A DNA stretch of 64,000 bases from an uncultured delta proteobacterium. GTDB taxonomy: Bacteria > Myxococcota_A > UBA9160 > UBA4427. Shown here piece by piece: positions 56,322-64,000 of this stretch. Both the position numbers and the translations under genes were made by a program. The notes beneath the pieces are model-generated. The model saw only the letters and a list, made by a program, of their open reading frames with translations, was not told where the DNA came from and ran no database searches. The DNA lies in contig CAWGJT010000005.1 of the NCBI GenBank assembly GCA_963822965.1, positions 96,001-160,000 of the forward strand, written 5' to 3'. Each line of letters opens with the position of its first letter. Position 1 is the stretch's first letter.

Positions 56322-57248
56322 TCACGCGCGGAGCTTCGGCGTCTCGATCAGCTCCAGGCAGCTGCCGTCCGGATCCGGAAAGAAGCAGGCCCAGAGTCCG
56401 TCGATGGGAATCTCCGGTCCCATGTCGAGCCAGACGGGCGGGGGGCACGCGACGCCCCGGGCCAGCAGCTCGGCGTGCGCCCTCGCCATGTCCTCCACCA
56501 GGAAGGCCATGCGGTAGAGACCCCGGTGGTTGGCGCTCGCGTAGGCGGGACCCTGCGCACGGGGGCGCTTCCATTCCACGAGCCGCAGCGCGAACGGGTC
56601 GGGCCCCGGCGGCAGGAGCCGCCGCGCCTCCCACTCCACCTCGCCCGTGACCCCGAAGCCCGCACCGGGGAGCGGGCCGGAGCGGACGGGCGGACCGGCC
56701 TCGAGCCCCAGCACGCGCTCGTACCAGGCCCGGGAGCGAGCGAGATCGCTGCACACCACGTCCACGTGGGCGAGCCGAAGCGCCGTTTCCTGGTCCGGCG
56801 CCTCCACGAAACGGATGCGGGTGCCGTCGGGATCGCTGCAGTGGAGCAGACGGCGCGGCTCCTCGCCTTCGATCGGCGCCCGGGCGATCTCGCCGCACTC
56901 GATCCCGAGACGCGTCGCCGCCGCGACGACGGCATCCAGCGCGGGCGCCGCGACCCCGATCGTCGCGAGGCCCAGGTGGTTCGGCACGGGATACGGGCTG
57001 CCCACCGGCCTCGGCTGCTTCCACTCGAGCAGATCCACGGCGGGCCCCGCGAAGCCGCGATGATCGTGCAGGATGTAGGCGTCCCACTGGACGGAGCCCG
57101 ACATGCCGAAGCCCGTGCCTGCCTGGGGGACCGGGTGGGTGTGGCTCTCCGCGTGCAGGCCCACGAAGTCCCGGTAGAAGGACAGCGCGCGCGGAAGCTC
57201 GCTGCAGTTCACGTTCACGTGCATGAAGCGATCGATGCGGACGGCCAT
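56322..57248 (-). CDS. Two-domain VOC/glyoxalase family protein
   Basis: HVNVNCSEL..FY / HVDVVCSDL..WY repeats; DPDG twice. Confidence 0.85.
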   Translation of the reverse strand: MAVRIDRFMHVNVNCSELPRALSFYRDFVGLHAESHTHPVPQAGTGFGMSGSVQWDAYILHDHRGFAGPAVDLLEWKQPRPVGSPYPVPNHLGLATIGVAAPALDAVVAAATRLGIECGEIARAPIEGEEPRRLLHCSDPDGTRIRFVEAPDQETALRLAHVDVVCSDLARSRAWYERVLGLEAGPPVRSGPLPGAGFGVTGEVEWEARRLLPPGPDPFALRLVEWKRPRAQGPAYASANHRGLYRMAFLVEDMARAHAELLARGVACPPPVWLDMGPEIPIDGLWACFFPDPDGSCLELIETPKLRA

Positions 57249-57277
57249 GATCTCCGGACTCCGGCGGGCTCGGCGTT

Positions 57278-59326
57278 CTACTCGATGTAGCCCAGGGCGC
57301 GCAGCGAGCGCTCCACGTCCTCGGGAATCGCGGGGGGCTCCGCCTCGGCGTCCGGGTGCAGGAAGCCCTCGCGGATACGGGCCGACGCCTCGGCGTGGTC
57401 GGCCAGCAGCCGCTCGGCCAGGGGGCGACGGCTCCTCCCACCCAGCGGATGCTCTTCGTGGGGGTCCCGGTCGATGCGGAAGAGGGAGCGGTGCGTGCTG
57501 CTGCGCTCGTACTTGAAATCGCCGTAGCGCACGCCGGCCGCGCCGTCTGCGAGCCACGAGAAGTGCAGGGGACGCGGGTCGGGGAGCGCGCCGCCGCGGA
57601 GCGCCGGTACCAGGCTCGTCCCCTGGTGGAGCGAGAGCGGGGCGAGCCCCAACAGGTCGAGCAGGGTGGGGGCGACGTCGACGAGGCTGACGGGCGTCGC
57701 CACCCGCAATCCGGCCGGGACCGTGGGCCCGCGCAGCACCAGCGGGACGTGGATCACCTCCTGGCGGCCGGAGAAGCTGTGTCCGGCAATGCCGTGCTCG
57801 CCGAAGGCCTCTCCGTGATCGGAGAGCAGCACCACCAGGGTCCGCTCGGCCAACCCCAGGCGTTCCAGCTCATCGAGGATCCCGCCCACGAGGTCGTCGG
57901 CCTCGCGGATGGTGCGATCGTACTCGTCGGCCTGGTCACGATAGGACTCCGGAATCGCGCTCATGCCCTGGCGGTTCCAGTCTGCGGGATCGCGGAAGAG
58001 GTCCGCATGGGCGGCGCCGGCCACGTAGGGAGCGTGGGTCTTGTAGGTGTGCAGGAACAGGAAGAAGCGGCGGTCGCGATGGCTGCGCAGATAGTCCGCA
58101 CCCCCGGCGAACGTGGCGATGCCCTGCTCCTCGTGGCGATAGGCGCGCTCGGTGAAGCGGTCGAAGCCGAACCAGAAGCCGAAGACCCCGGCCAGCAGAC
58201 CGTCCTCGGTGAAGGCCGCGGTCTCGAAGCCCGCGGCGCGCAGTCGCTCGGCCAGCAGCGGCACGGGCGTCCCGGCCCGAAGGCGACCCGCCTCCGGGCG
58301 CGCCTCGGGATACAGGCCGGTGAAGACACTCATGTGGGAGACGTCCGTACGACTGAAGGTGCTGGTGACGTCGTCGAAGGTCGTGCCCCGGGCGATCAGC
58401 TCGGCATCGATGCGCGGCGAGGTCACCCGGGGATAGCCGAAGCCCGACAGATGGTCCGCGCGCAGGGTGTCGAGCGAGATCAGCACCAGGTTCGTCGCAT
58501 CGGCTTCCACCGGAAGCGGTCTCAGGACGCGAGGCACGCTCCAGACCGCACCGCGGACCGCCGAGCCGTCGCGGGCGTCGGACGAGAGCGCCAGGCGGCA
58601 GCGCCCTCCCCGCTCGGGCAGCACGACGGAGACGTCGCGCCAGCGTCCCTCGCCGGGCCCGACCACCGCATCCAGGATGTCTCGCGCCGGCGCTTCGTCG
58701 CAGGCGAGGGTCGCCTGGAAGTGGACGTCGGCCCTGCCGGCCGCACCGGGCGCCGTGGCGAGCCCGTACGCGATCTCGAGGAGCGCGCCGGCGGGGACCT
58801 CGAAGGCGCGGCTCTCGAGCCGCGTGGGGCCGGGCGACAGCGCGCCCAGGTGCAGGTTGTAGACGTGGCTCGCCACCGCGTCGGCGTCCCGGTAGACGAG
58901 GGACGCGGAGCGCCCGGCGCCGCGCACGAGCCGCCAGCCCTCGCGCACGCTCTGGCGCGGGGTGGTGCGAGCCGCAGGCTCCAGCAGCTCGGGAGTCACG
59001 CCCCCCGGCATGCGCTGGATGTCGAGGATGAACGCCGCCTCGGGCAGATCGCGCACCGCCTCGGGCAGCTCGAAGGTCGCGCGCACGACGCCATCCGCGT
59101 CGGGCTTCCGTCCGAGGAGCGAGGCGACGGGCGTGGCCCGCGGAGCGACGAGCACCGGCCGCGCCTCGTCCCCGATGGGCGCCATCTCGCCGTGGAGGGG
59201 CGTGTCCGCGAGCCCGAAGTCCCGAGCCTCGAGCCGAAGCTCCACCCCGAGCGGGCCCGCCGCCTCGGCGGGCGCCGGAGTCTCGCCCGTGCCGCACCCG
59301 ACGGGCGCGCTCGCCGACAGCAGCAC
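57278..59326 (-). CDS. Sulfatase-like (alkaline phosphatase superfamily) lipoprotein
   Basis: LISLDTLRADHL, H.PY, SDHGE and LRALGY motifs; lipobox VGC; start uncertain. Confidence 0.82.
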   Translation of the reverse strand: MLLSASAPVGCGTGETPAPAEAAGPLGVELRLEARDFGLADTPLHGEMAPIGDEARPVLVAPRATPVASLLGRKPDADGVVRATFELPEAVRDLPEAAFILDIQRMPGGVTPELLEPAARTTPRQSVREGWRLVRGAGRSASLVYRDADAVASHVYNLHLGALSPGPTRLESRAFEVPAGALLEIAYGLATAPGAAGRADVHFQATLACDEAPARDILDAVVGPGEGRWRDVSVVLPERGGRCRLALSSDARDGSAVRGAVWSVPRVLRPLPVEADATNLVLISLDTLRADHLSGFGYPRVTSPRIDAELIARGTTFDDVTSTFSRTDVSHMSVFTGLYPEARPEAGRLRAGTPVPLLAERLRAAGFETAAFTEDGLLAGVFGFWFGFDRFTERAYRHEEQGIATFAGGADYLRSHRDRRFFLFLHTYKTHAPYVAGAAHADLFRDPADWNRQGMSAIPESYRDQADEYDRTIREADDLVGGILDELERLGLAERTLVVLLSDHGEAFGEHGIAGHSFSGRQEVIHVPLVLRGPTVPAGLRVATPVSLVDVAPTLLDLLGLAPLSLHQGTSLVPALRGGALPDPRPLHFSWLADGAAGVRYGDFKYERSSTHRSLFRIDRDPHEEHPLGGRSRRPLAERLLADHAEASARIREGFLHPDAEAEPPAIPEDVERSLRALGYIE

Positions 59327-59408
59327 CCCGATTGCGAAGGCGACCCGACCCGTGGGCCTCCGCCCGGCCGCGAGACGCGACCGCAGATCCGTGCGATGCG
59401 ACCGCGGA

Positions 59409-60395
59409 TCAGAGATGGGGCATCACCCGATCGGCGAAGAGCTCGAGGCTCTTCCAGCCGATGGCGGGCGGCGTTCCGCCGACGAGCGCCGGAAAGTGGA
59501 AGGCGGACTGGCGGCCCCGCGCCTCCGCCTCGCGCGCATGGGCCAGGCACTGCTCGGGGGTGAGCACCCGATACTTCCCCTCCGCCCGAAGCTCTTCGAC
59601 GGTTCGCCCGCGCGCGTGCGCGTAGGCGCGCTGTCCCGGGCGCTGCCAGCCGGCGTAGGTGAGCGCGTCGTGCAGCACGTACGGACCGATCTCCTTCCAG
59701 GTGGCGTCGGGGTCGAGAGACACGAAGGTGCCGGCCGGCTCGCCCGGGCTCACCACCACCGGCTCCACGCCGCGCTCCCGACAGGCCTCGCGATAGACGG
59801 CGAAGAGCGCGGGATCGGCGATGGGCGGCGCGAAGGGCAGACCGAAGCGTGCGGCGCGCCGGGCCGCACGGGGCGTCGAGCCGCCGATCATGAGCAGCGG
59901 GTGCGGCCGCGTGGCGGGCCGGGGCGTCACGGGCAGGCTCGCGCCCCGCCGCTCCACGCAGCCCTTGCGGAGACAATGAAGCAGCACCTCCAGGCACTCG
60001 TCGAAGAGCCGACCGCGCTCGTCGAACGACTTGCCGAAGGCCGCGTACTCCTCGGGGCGATAGCCGATGCCCGCGATCACCGAGACGCGCCCCCCGCTCG
60101 CCAGGTCGAGCACGGCGAGGTCCTCGGCGAGACGGATCGGGTCGTGCAGGGGTACGAGAAGCGCGCCGATGCTGATGCCGATGCGGCGGGTACGACCGGC
60201 GACGAGCCCCGCCATCACCAGGGGCGAGGGCAGGAACCCGTCGGACGAGACGTGGTGCTCCGACAGGCCGACGGTGGTGAAGCCCTTCTCGTCCGCGAAG
60301 GCGCACATGTCCAGGGCGGCGGCGTACAGCTCCCGGGGCGTCGCCGGCGAGAACGCCGGCGCGCGCATGTCGAAGCGGAGGACGGTCAGGGCCAC
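59409..60395 (-). CDS. LLM-class flavin-dependent oxidoreductase
   Basis: RFDMRAP, SEHH..DGFLPSP and HDPIRLAEDLAVLDLASGGR motifs. Confidence 0.9.
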   Translation of the reverse strand: MALTVLRFDMRAPAFSPATPRELYAAALDMCAFADEKGFTTVGLSEHHVSSDGFLPSPLVMAGLVAGRTRRIGISIGALLVPLHDPIRLAEDLAVLDLASGGRVSVIAGIGYRPEEYAAFGKSFDERGRLFDECLEVLLHCLRKGCVERRGASLPVTPRPATRPHPLLMIGGSTPRAARRAARFGLPFAPPIADPALFAVYREACRERGVEPVVVSPGEPAGTFVSLDPDATWKEIGPYVLHDALTYAGWQRPGQRAYAHARGRTVEELRAEGKYRVLTPEQCLAHAREAEARGRQSAFHFPALVGGTPPAIGWKSLELFADRVMPHL

Positions 60396-60479
60396 GGCGC
60401 GCCACGGTAGCAGCCGCTGCGCGGCCCCGACCGTCCCGGGACGGCGGTGTCGCGACGGAGAACGGGGTAGAATCCGGCC

Positions 60480-60592
60480 GTGCGATTCGAGGTGCGGCGG
60501 TGACAGCCCGCCGGTCCCGCGCCGTCCCGGCGGGACGATCCGGTGGAACTCCGGAGCCATGCGGTGACACCCCGCGATCCCGAGAACGGCGC
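60480..60592 (+). ncRNA. Divergent FMN (RFN) riboswitch-like element
   Basis: GGCGGTGACAGCCCGC (P3), GTCCCGC..GCGGGAC (P4), GATCCGGTGGAACTCCGGAGCC (P5 T-loop), GCGGTGACACCCCGC (P6-like), GAGAA; downstream of TAGAAT and upstream of a rib gene. Confidence 0.68.
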
Positions 60593-60664
60593 AGCGCCCT
60601 TCTCCCTCCGAACCCGAACGGACCCACGCTCCCGCGCGGGAGGCGGGATCCACGGAGGTCGATC

Positions 60665-61885
60665 ATGTATCGCGGCTTCATCACGGAAATCGGCGAGATC
60701 CAGCACGGCGACCCCGGGCGACTGGCGGTGCGGGCGCCCAAGACCTGCGCCCGGCTCGAGCCCGGAGGCTCGTACGCGGTAGACGGCGTCTGCCTGTCGG
60801 CGGAGTCCATGGAGGACGGCGTCGTCACGAGCACCCTCTCGGAGGAGACGCGCCGGCGCTCGACCTTGGGGGAGCTCGCGCCCGGCGCCCGGGTCAACGT
60901 CGAGCTGCCGCTGTGTGGCGGCGAGCGCCTCGAGAGCCACCTGGTCCAGGGTCACGTGGACGCGGTCGGCAAGGTGCTCCGGGTCGAGCCCGAAGAGCTC
61001 GGCACCCGGGTGTGGATCCGACCGCCCGCTCGCTTCCTGGAGGCCCTGGCGCCGAAGGGCTCGGTGGCCGTGGACGGCGTGGCGCTCACGGTGGCCGAGG
61101 TGTCGCGCGATCGCTTCGCGGTGGCCCTGATCCCGTCCACCCTGGAGCAGACGACGCTCGCGGGGCTGGCGCCCGGACGGCGGGTGAACCTCGAGTCCGA
61201 CCTGATCGAGAAGCTTGCAAGGCAGCACGAGGGGCGGACGCATGCAGTCCTCACCCGCACCGTCGCGAACCTGCCCTGGGCCGGGGTCGTCTCCGGTCGG
61301 ATGGGGGTCGAGAAGGTCGTGCGCCAGCTCGCGGCGGGAGGCTCGGTGCTGGTGTGGGATCCCGACCGCGAGGGTGAGGGCGACCTCGTGACCGCGGGGG
61401 CCGAGATGCGACCCGAGACCTGGACGTTCATCCTCACCCGGGTGTGCGGTCATGCCACGGTACCCTGCGACGCCCGGGTGCTGGAACGCCTCGGCATTCC
61501 GCCCATGGCGGGCGCCGGCGACCGCCACGGCACGGCGATGCACACCGCGGTCGACCTCGCCGCCGCCACCGGCACCGGGGTCTCCCCGGCGGAGCGCGCG
61601 GCCACGGTCCGAAGGCTCGCGCACCCGGAGGCCCGCCCGGAGGACTTCCTGATGCCCGGACACGTGTTCCCGCTCGCGGCCCGCCCCGGCGGCCTGCGCG
61701 AGCGCACCGGTCACACCGAGGCCACGGTGGCCCTGTGCACGGCGGCGCGGCGCGCGCCGGTGGGGGTCTGCTGCGAGGTGATGCATCCCGACGGGTTCAT
61801 GGCCGGACCGGCGGAGCTGGAACGCTTCGCGCTCGACTGGGGACTCCCGCTCATCGAGATCGGCGAGCTCGTCTCGTTCCTCTGA
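60665..61885 (+). CDS. Fusion of riboflavin synthase-like and DHBP synthase (RibB)-like domains
   Basis: AVDGVCLS, HLVQGHVD, KGSVAVDGVALTV and VNLESD, then DREGEGDLV, PGHVFPL and RTGHTEA in one uninterrupted ORF; GGAGG RBS. Confidence 0.88.
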   Translation: MYRGFITEIGEIQHGDPGRLAVRAPKTCARLEPGGSYAVDGVCLSAESMEDGVVTSTLSEETRRRSTLGELAPGARVNVELPLCGGERLESHLVQGHVDAVGKVLRVEPEELGTRVWIRPPARFLEALAPKGSVAVDGVALTVAEVSRDRFAVALIPSTLEQTTLAGLAPGRRVNLESDLIEKLARQHEGRTHAVLTRTVANLPWAGVVSGRMGVEKVVRQLAAGGSVLVWDPDREGEGDLVTAGAEMRPETWTFILTRVCGHATVPCDARVLERLGIPPMAGAGDRHGTAMHTAVDLAAATGTGVSPAERAATVRRLAHPEARPEDFLMPGHVFPLAARPGGLRERTGHTEATVALCTAARRAPVGVCCEVMHPDGFMAGPAELERFALDWGLPLIEIGELVSFL

Positions 61886-61900
61886 GCGCGGACTCCGGCC

Positions 61901-62734
61901 TCAGCGACCGGACCACCGGGGGGGACGCTTCTCCGTGAAGGCCGCCACCGCCTCGCGGTAGTCCTCCTCGGTGGTCATCCGCTCCAGCAGTGCGTCGGCC
62001 TCGCGAACGGCGCTGCCCACGTCCCGGTGCAGATCGGTGTAGATCTGCCGCTTGGTCTCGCGCAGGGAGCCCGGAGACACCTCCGCGGCCATGCGACGCG
62101 CGTATGCGTAGGTGTAGGGCAGCAGCTCGTCGGGCTCGACCAGCGCGTTGACGAGCCCCAGCGCGAACGCCTCGTCGGTCAGGAAGACGCGGCTCGAGAG
62201 CAGCAGGTCGTTGGCGCGACTGAGCCCGATGAGCCGGGGCAGCAGCCACGAGAGCCCGTACTCGGCGGGCAGGTTGAGGCGGCCGTGGGCGGTGGTGAGC
62301 TTCGCCCCGGGGACGGCGAAGCGCAGGTCCGCATAGCACGCGATCACCAGCCCCACCCCGGCGGCGGGGCCGTTCACCGCCGCGATCACGGGCTTGGAGA
62401 GGCCGAAGTGAAAGGCGAAGTTGGCATCGAATTCGGGCCGCACGCCGTAGCCCGGGCGCGCCAGGTCCGGCGGCGTCCCGGGGTCGTAGCCACCGCGCTC
62501 CACGTGGGTCTCGAGGGCGGCGCTGTCGGCGCCCGCGCAGAATCCCCGGCCGGCGCCGGTCACCACCACGACCCGTACGGACGGGTCCTGCTCGGCCCGC
62601 TCCAGGGCGTGGCGGTACTCGGTGTGCATGCGACCGGTCCACGAGTTGAGCCGGTCCGGACGGTTCAGGGTGAGGGTCGCGATCCCGTCTTCGACCGCGT
62701 AGCGCGTGACCTTGTACTCCACGCGCGGGAGCAT
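61901..62734 (-). CDS. Enoyl-CoA hydratase/isomerase family protein
   Basis: [18 protein letters not shown] and [15 protein letters not shown] motifs; GTG at 62722 is a possible start. Confidence 0.9.
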   Translation of the reverse strand: MLPRVEYKVTRYAVEDGIATLTLNRPDRLNSWTGRMHTEYRHALERAEQDPSVRVVVVTGAGRGFCAGADSAALETHVERGGYDPGTPPDLARPGYGVRPEFDANFAFHFGLSKPVIAAVNGPAAGVGLVIACYADLRFAVPGAKLTTAHGRLNLPAEYGLSWLLPRLIGLSRANDLLLSSRVFLTDEAFALGLVNALVEPDELLPYTYAYARRMAAEVSPGSLRETKRQIYTDLHRDVGSAVREADALLERMTTEEDYREAVAAFTEKRPPRWSGR

Positions 62735-62750
62735 AGGCGAAGCCCGCCGC

Positions 62751-62779
62751 GGTCGTCCCCGGCGCGGCCGGGGACGACC
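62751..62779 (-). terminator. 12-bp stem hairpin after groEL
   Basis: GGTCGTCCCCGG-CGCGG-CCGGGGACGACC; no U-tract, so the terminator role is uncertain. Confidence 0.5.
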
Positions 62780-62786
62780 CCAGGCG

Positions 62787-64000
62787 CTACATCATGCCGC
62801 CCATTCCGCCCATGCCGCCCATGCCGCCCATGCCACCCATGTCGCCCATGCCGCCCGGCATGCCGCCGGCGCCCTTCTTCTCGGGCTCGTTGGCGATCAG
62901 GACGTCCGTCGTGAGCAGCAGCCCCGAGACGCTGGCGGCGTTCTGCAGCGCGGTGCGCACGACCTTCGTGGGGTCGATGACCCCGGCCTTCAGCAGGTCG
63001 CCGTACTCCTCGGTGGCGGCGTCGAAGCCGAAGGCGCCCTTGCCGGACTTCACCTTGTCGACGACCACGGACCCCTCGAGGCCCGCGTTCTCGGCGATGC
63101 GCCGCAGGGGCGCCTCGATGGCGCGACGGATGATGCTCACCCCGGCGGCCTGCTCGTGGCTGAGCCCCGCCTCGAGACCGTCGAGGGCCTTCTGGGCGCG
63201 CAGCAGCGCGACGCCGCCGCCCGGCACCACGCCCTCCTCCACGGCCGCGCGGGTGGCGTGCAGGGCGTCCTCCACGCGGGCCTTCTTCTCCTTCATCTCG
63301 GCTCTCGGTGGCGGCGCCGACCTTCACCACTGCCACGCCGCCGGCGAGCTTCGCGAGCCGCTCCTGGAGCTTCTCGCGGTCGTAGTCGGAGGTGGTGTTC
63401 TCGATCTGGCTGCGGATCTCGTCGCAGCGCGCCTCGATGTCCTTCTTCGTTGCCCGCGCCTTCGATGATCGTGGTGTTGTCCTTGTCGACCACGATGCGT
63501 CTTGGCGCTGCCGAGGTCGTCGAGCTCGACGTTCTCGAGCTTCAGCCCGAGCTCCTCGGAGATCACCTGGCCGCCGGTGAGGATCGCCATGTCCTGCATC
63601 ATCGCCTTGCGGCGGTCGCCGAAGCCCGGCGCCTTGACGGCGGCGACCTGGAGCGTGCCACGCAGCTTGTTCACCACGAGGGTGGCGAGGGCCTCGCCCT
63701 CCACGTCCTCGGCCACGATGAGCAGCGGCTTGCCGCTGCGCGCCACGGCCTCGAGCAGCGGCAGCAGGGTCTTCATGTTGCCGATCTTCTTCTCGTGGAG
63801 GAGCAGGTACGGCTCTTCGAACTGCACCTCCATGCTCTCGGGGTCCGTGACGAAGTAGGGCGAGAGGTAGCCGCGGTCGAACTGCATCCCCTCGACGACG
63901 TCGAGCTCGGTCTCGAGGCGACTTGCCCTCTTCGACGGTGATGACGCCTTCCTTGCCGACCTTGCTCCATCGCCTCGGCGATGATGTTGCCGATCGCGGC
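62787..64000 (-). CDS. groEL: Chaperonin GroEL (5' part outside window; frameshifted)
   Basis: [42 protein letters not shown] and GGM tail. Confidence 0.96.

Noticed and set aside
62796..62862. 9-bp tandem repeat
   Set aside because: Encodes the normal GroEL Gly-Gly-Met tail.
62787..64000. groEL pseudogene
   Set aside because: Several 1-nt indels in an otherwise highly conserved sequence fit low-coverage consensus errors.

Overview
Very GC-rich bacterial chromosomal segment from a Gram-negative organism (RND pump, lipoproteins, exosortase-type tail). Gene content is consistent with an uncultured Myxococcota/deltaproteobacterium-like lineage (inference). Several conserved genes (sigma factor, uppP, RND permease, ADH, groEL) carry 1-nt frameshifts that look like long-read assembly errors. 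The window holds housekeeping genes (thrH, typA, purN, argC, ilvA, groEL) and a dispersed mutagenesis set (imuA-imuB, dinB, dnaE2). An ~18-kb steroid/lipid catabolic block (two BVMOs, LLM oxidoreductase, two double CaiB CoA-transferases, ACAD pair, Ltp2/DUF35, MaoC pair, TetR) lies next to a CYP125-like P450. Most notable observations: (1) a divergent FMN-riboswitch-like RNA upstream of an unusual riboflavin synthase-DHBP synthase fusion with substituted catalytic motifs; (2) a 56-bp direct repeat of the P450 3' end bracketing the catabolic block; (3) a shared promoter with a CGAA-N7-CGAAA candidate SOS box before imuA and dnaE2; (4) two copies of a ~216-bp CTAG-flanked MITE-like element; (5) a ChpT-like sensorless pseudo-kinase; (6) widespread leaderless-promoter signatures.
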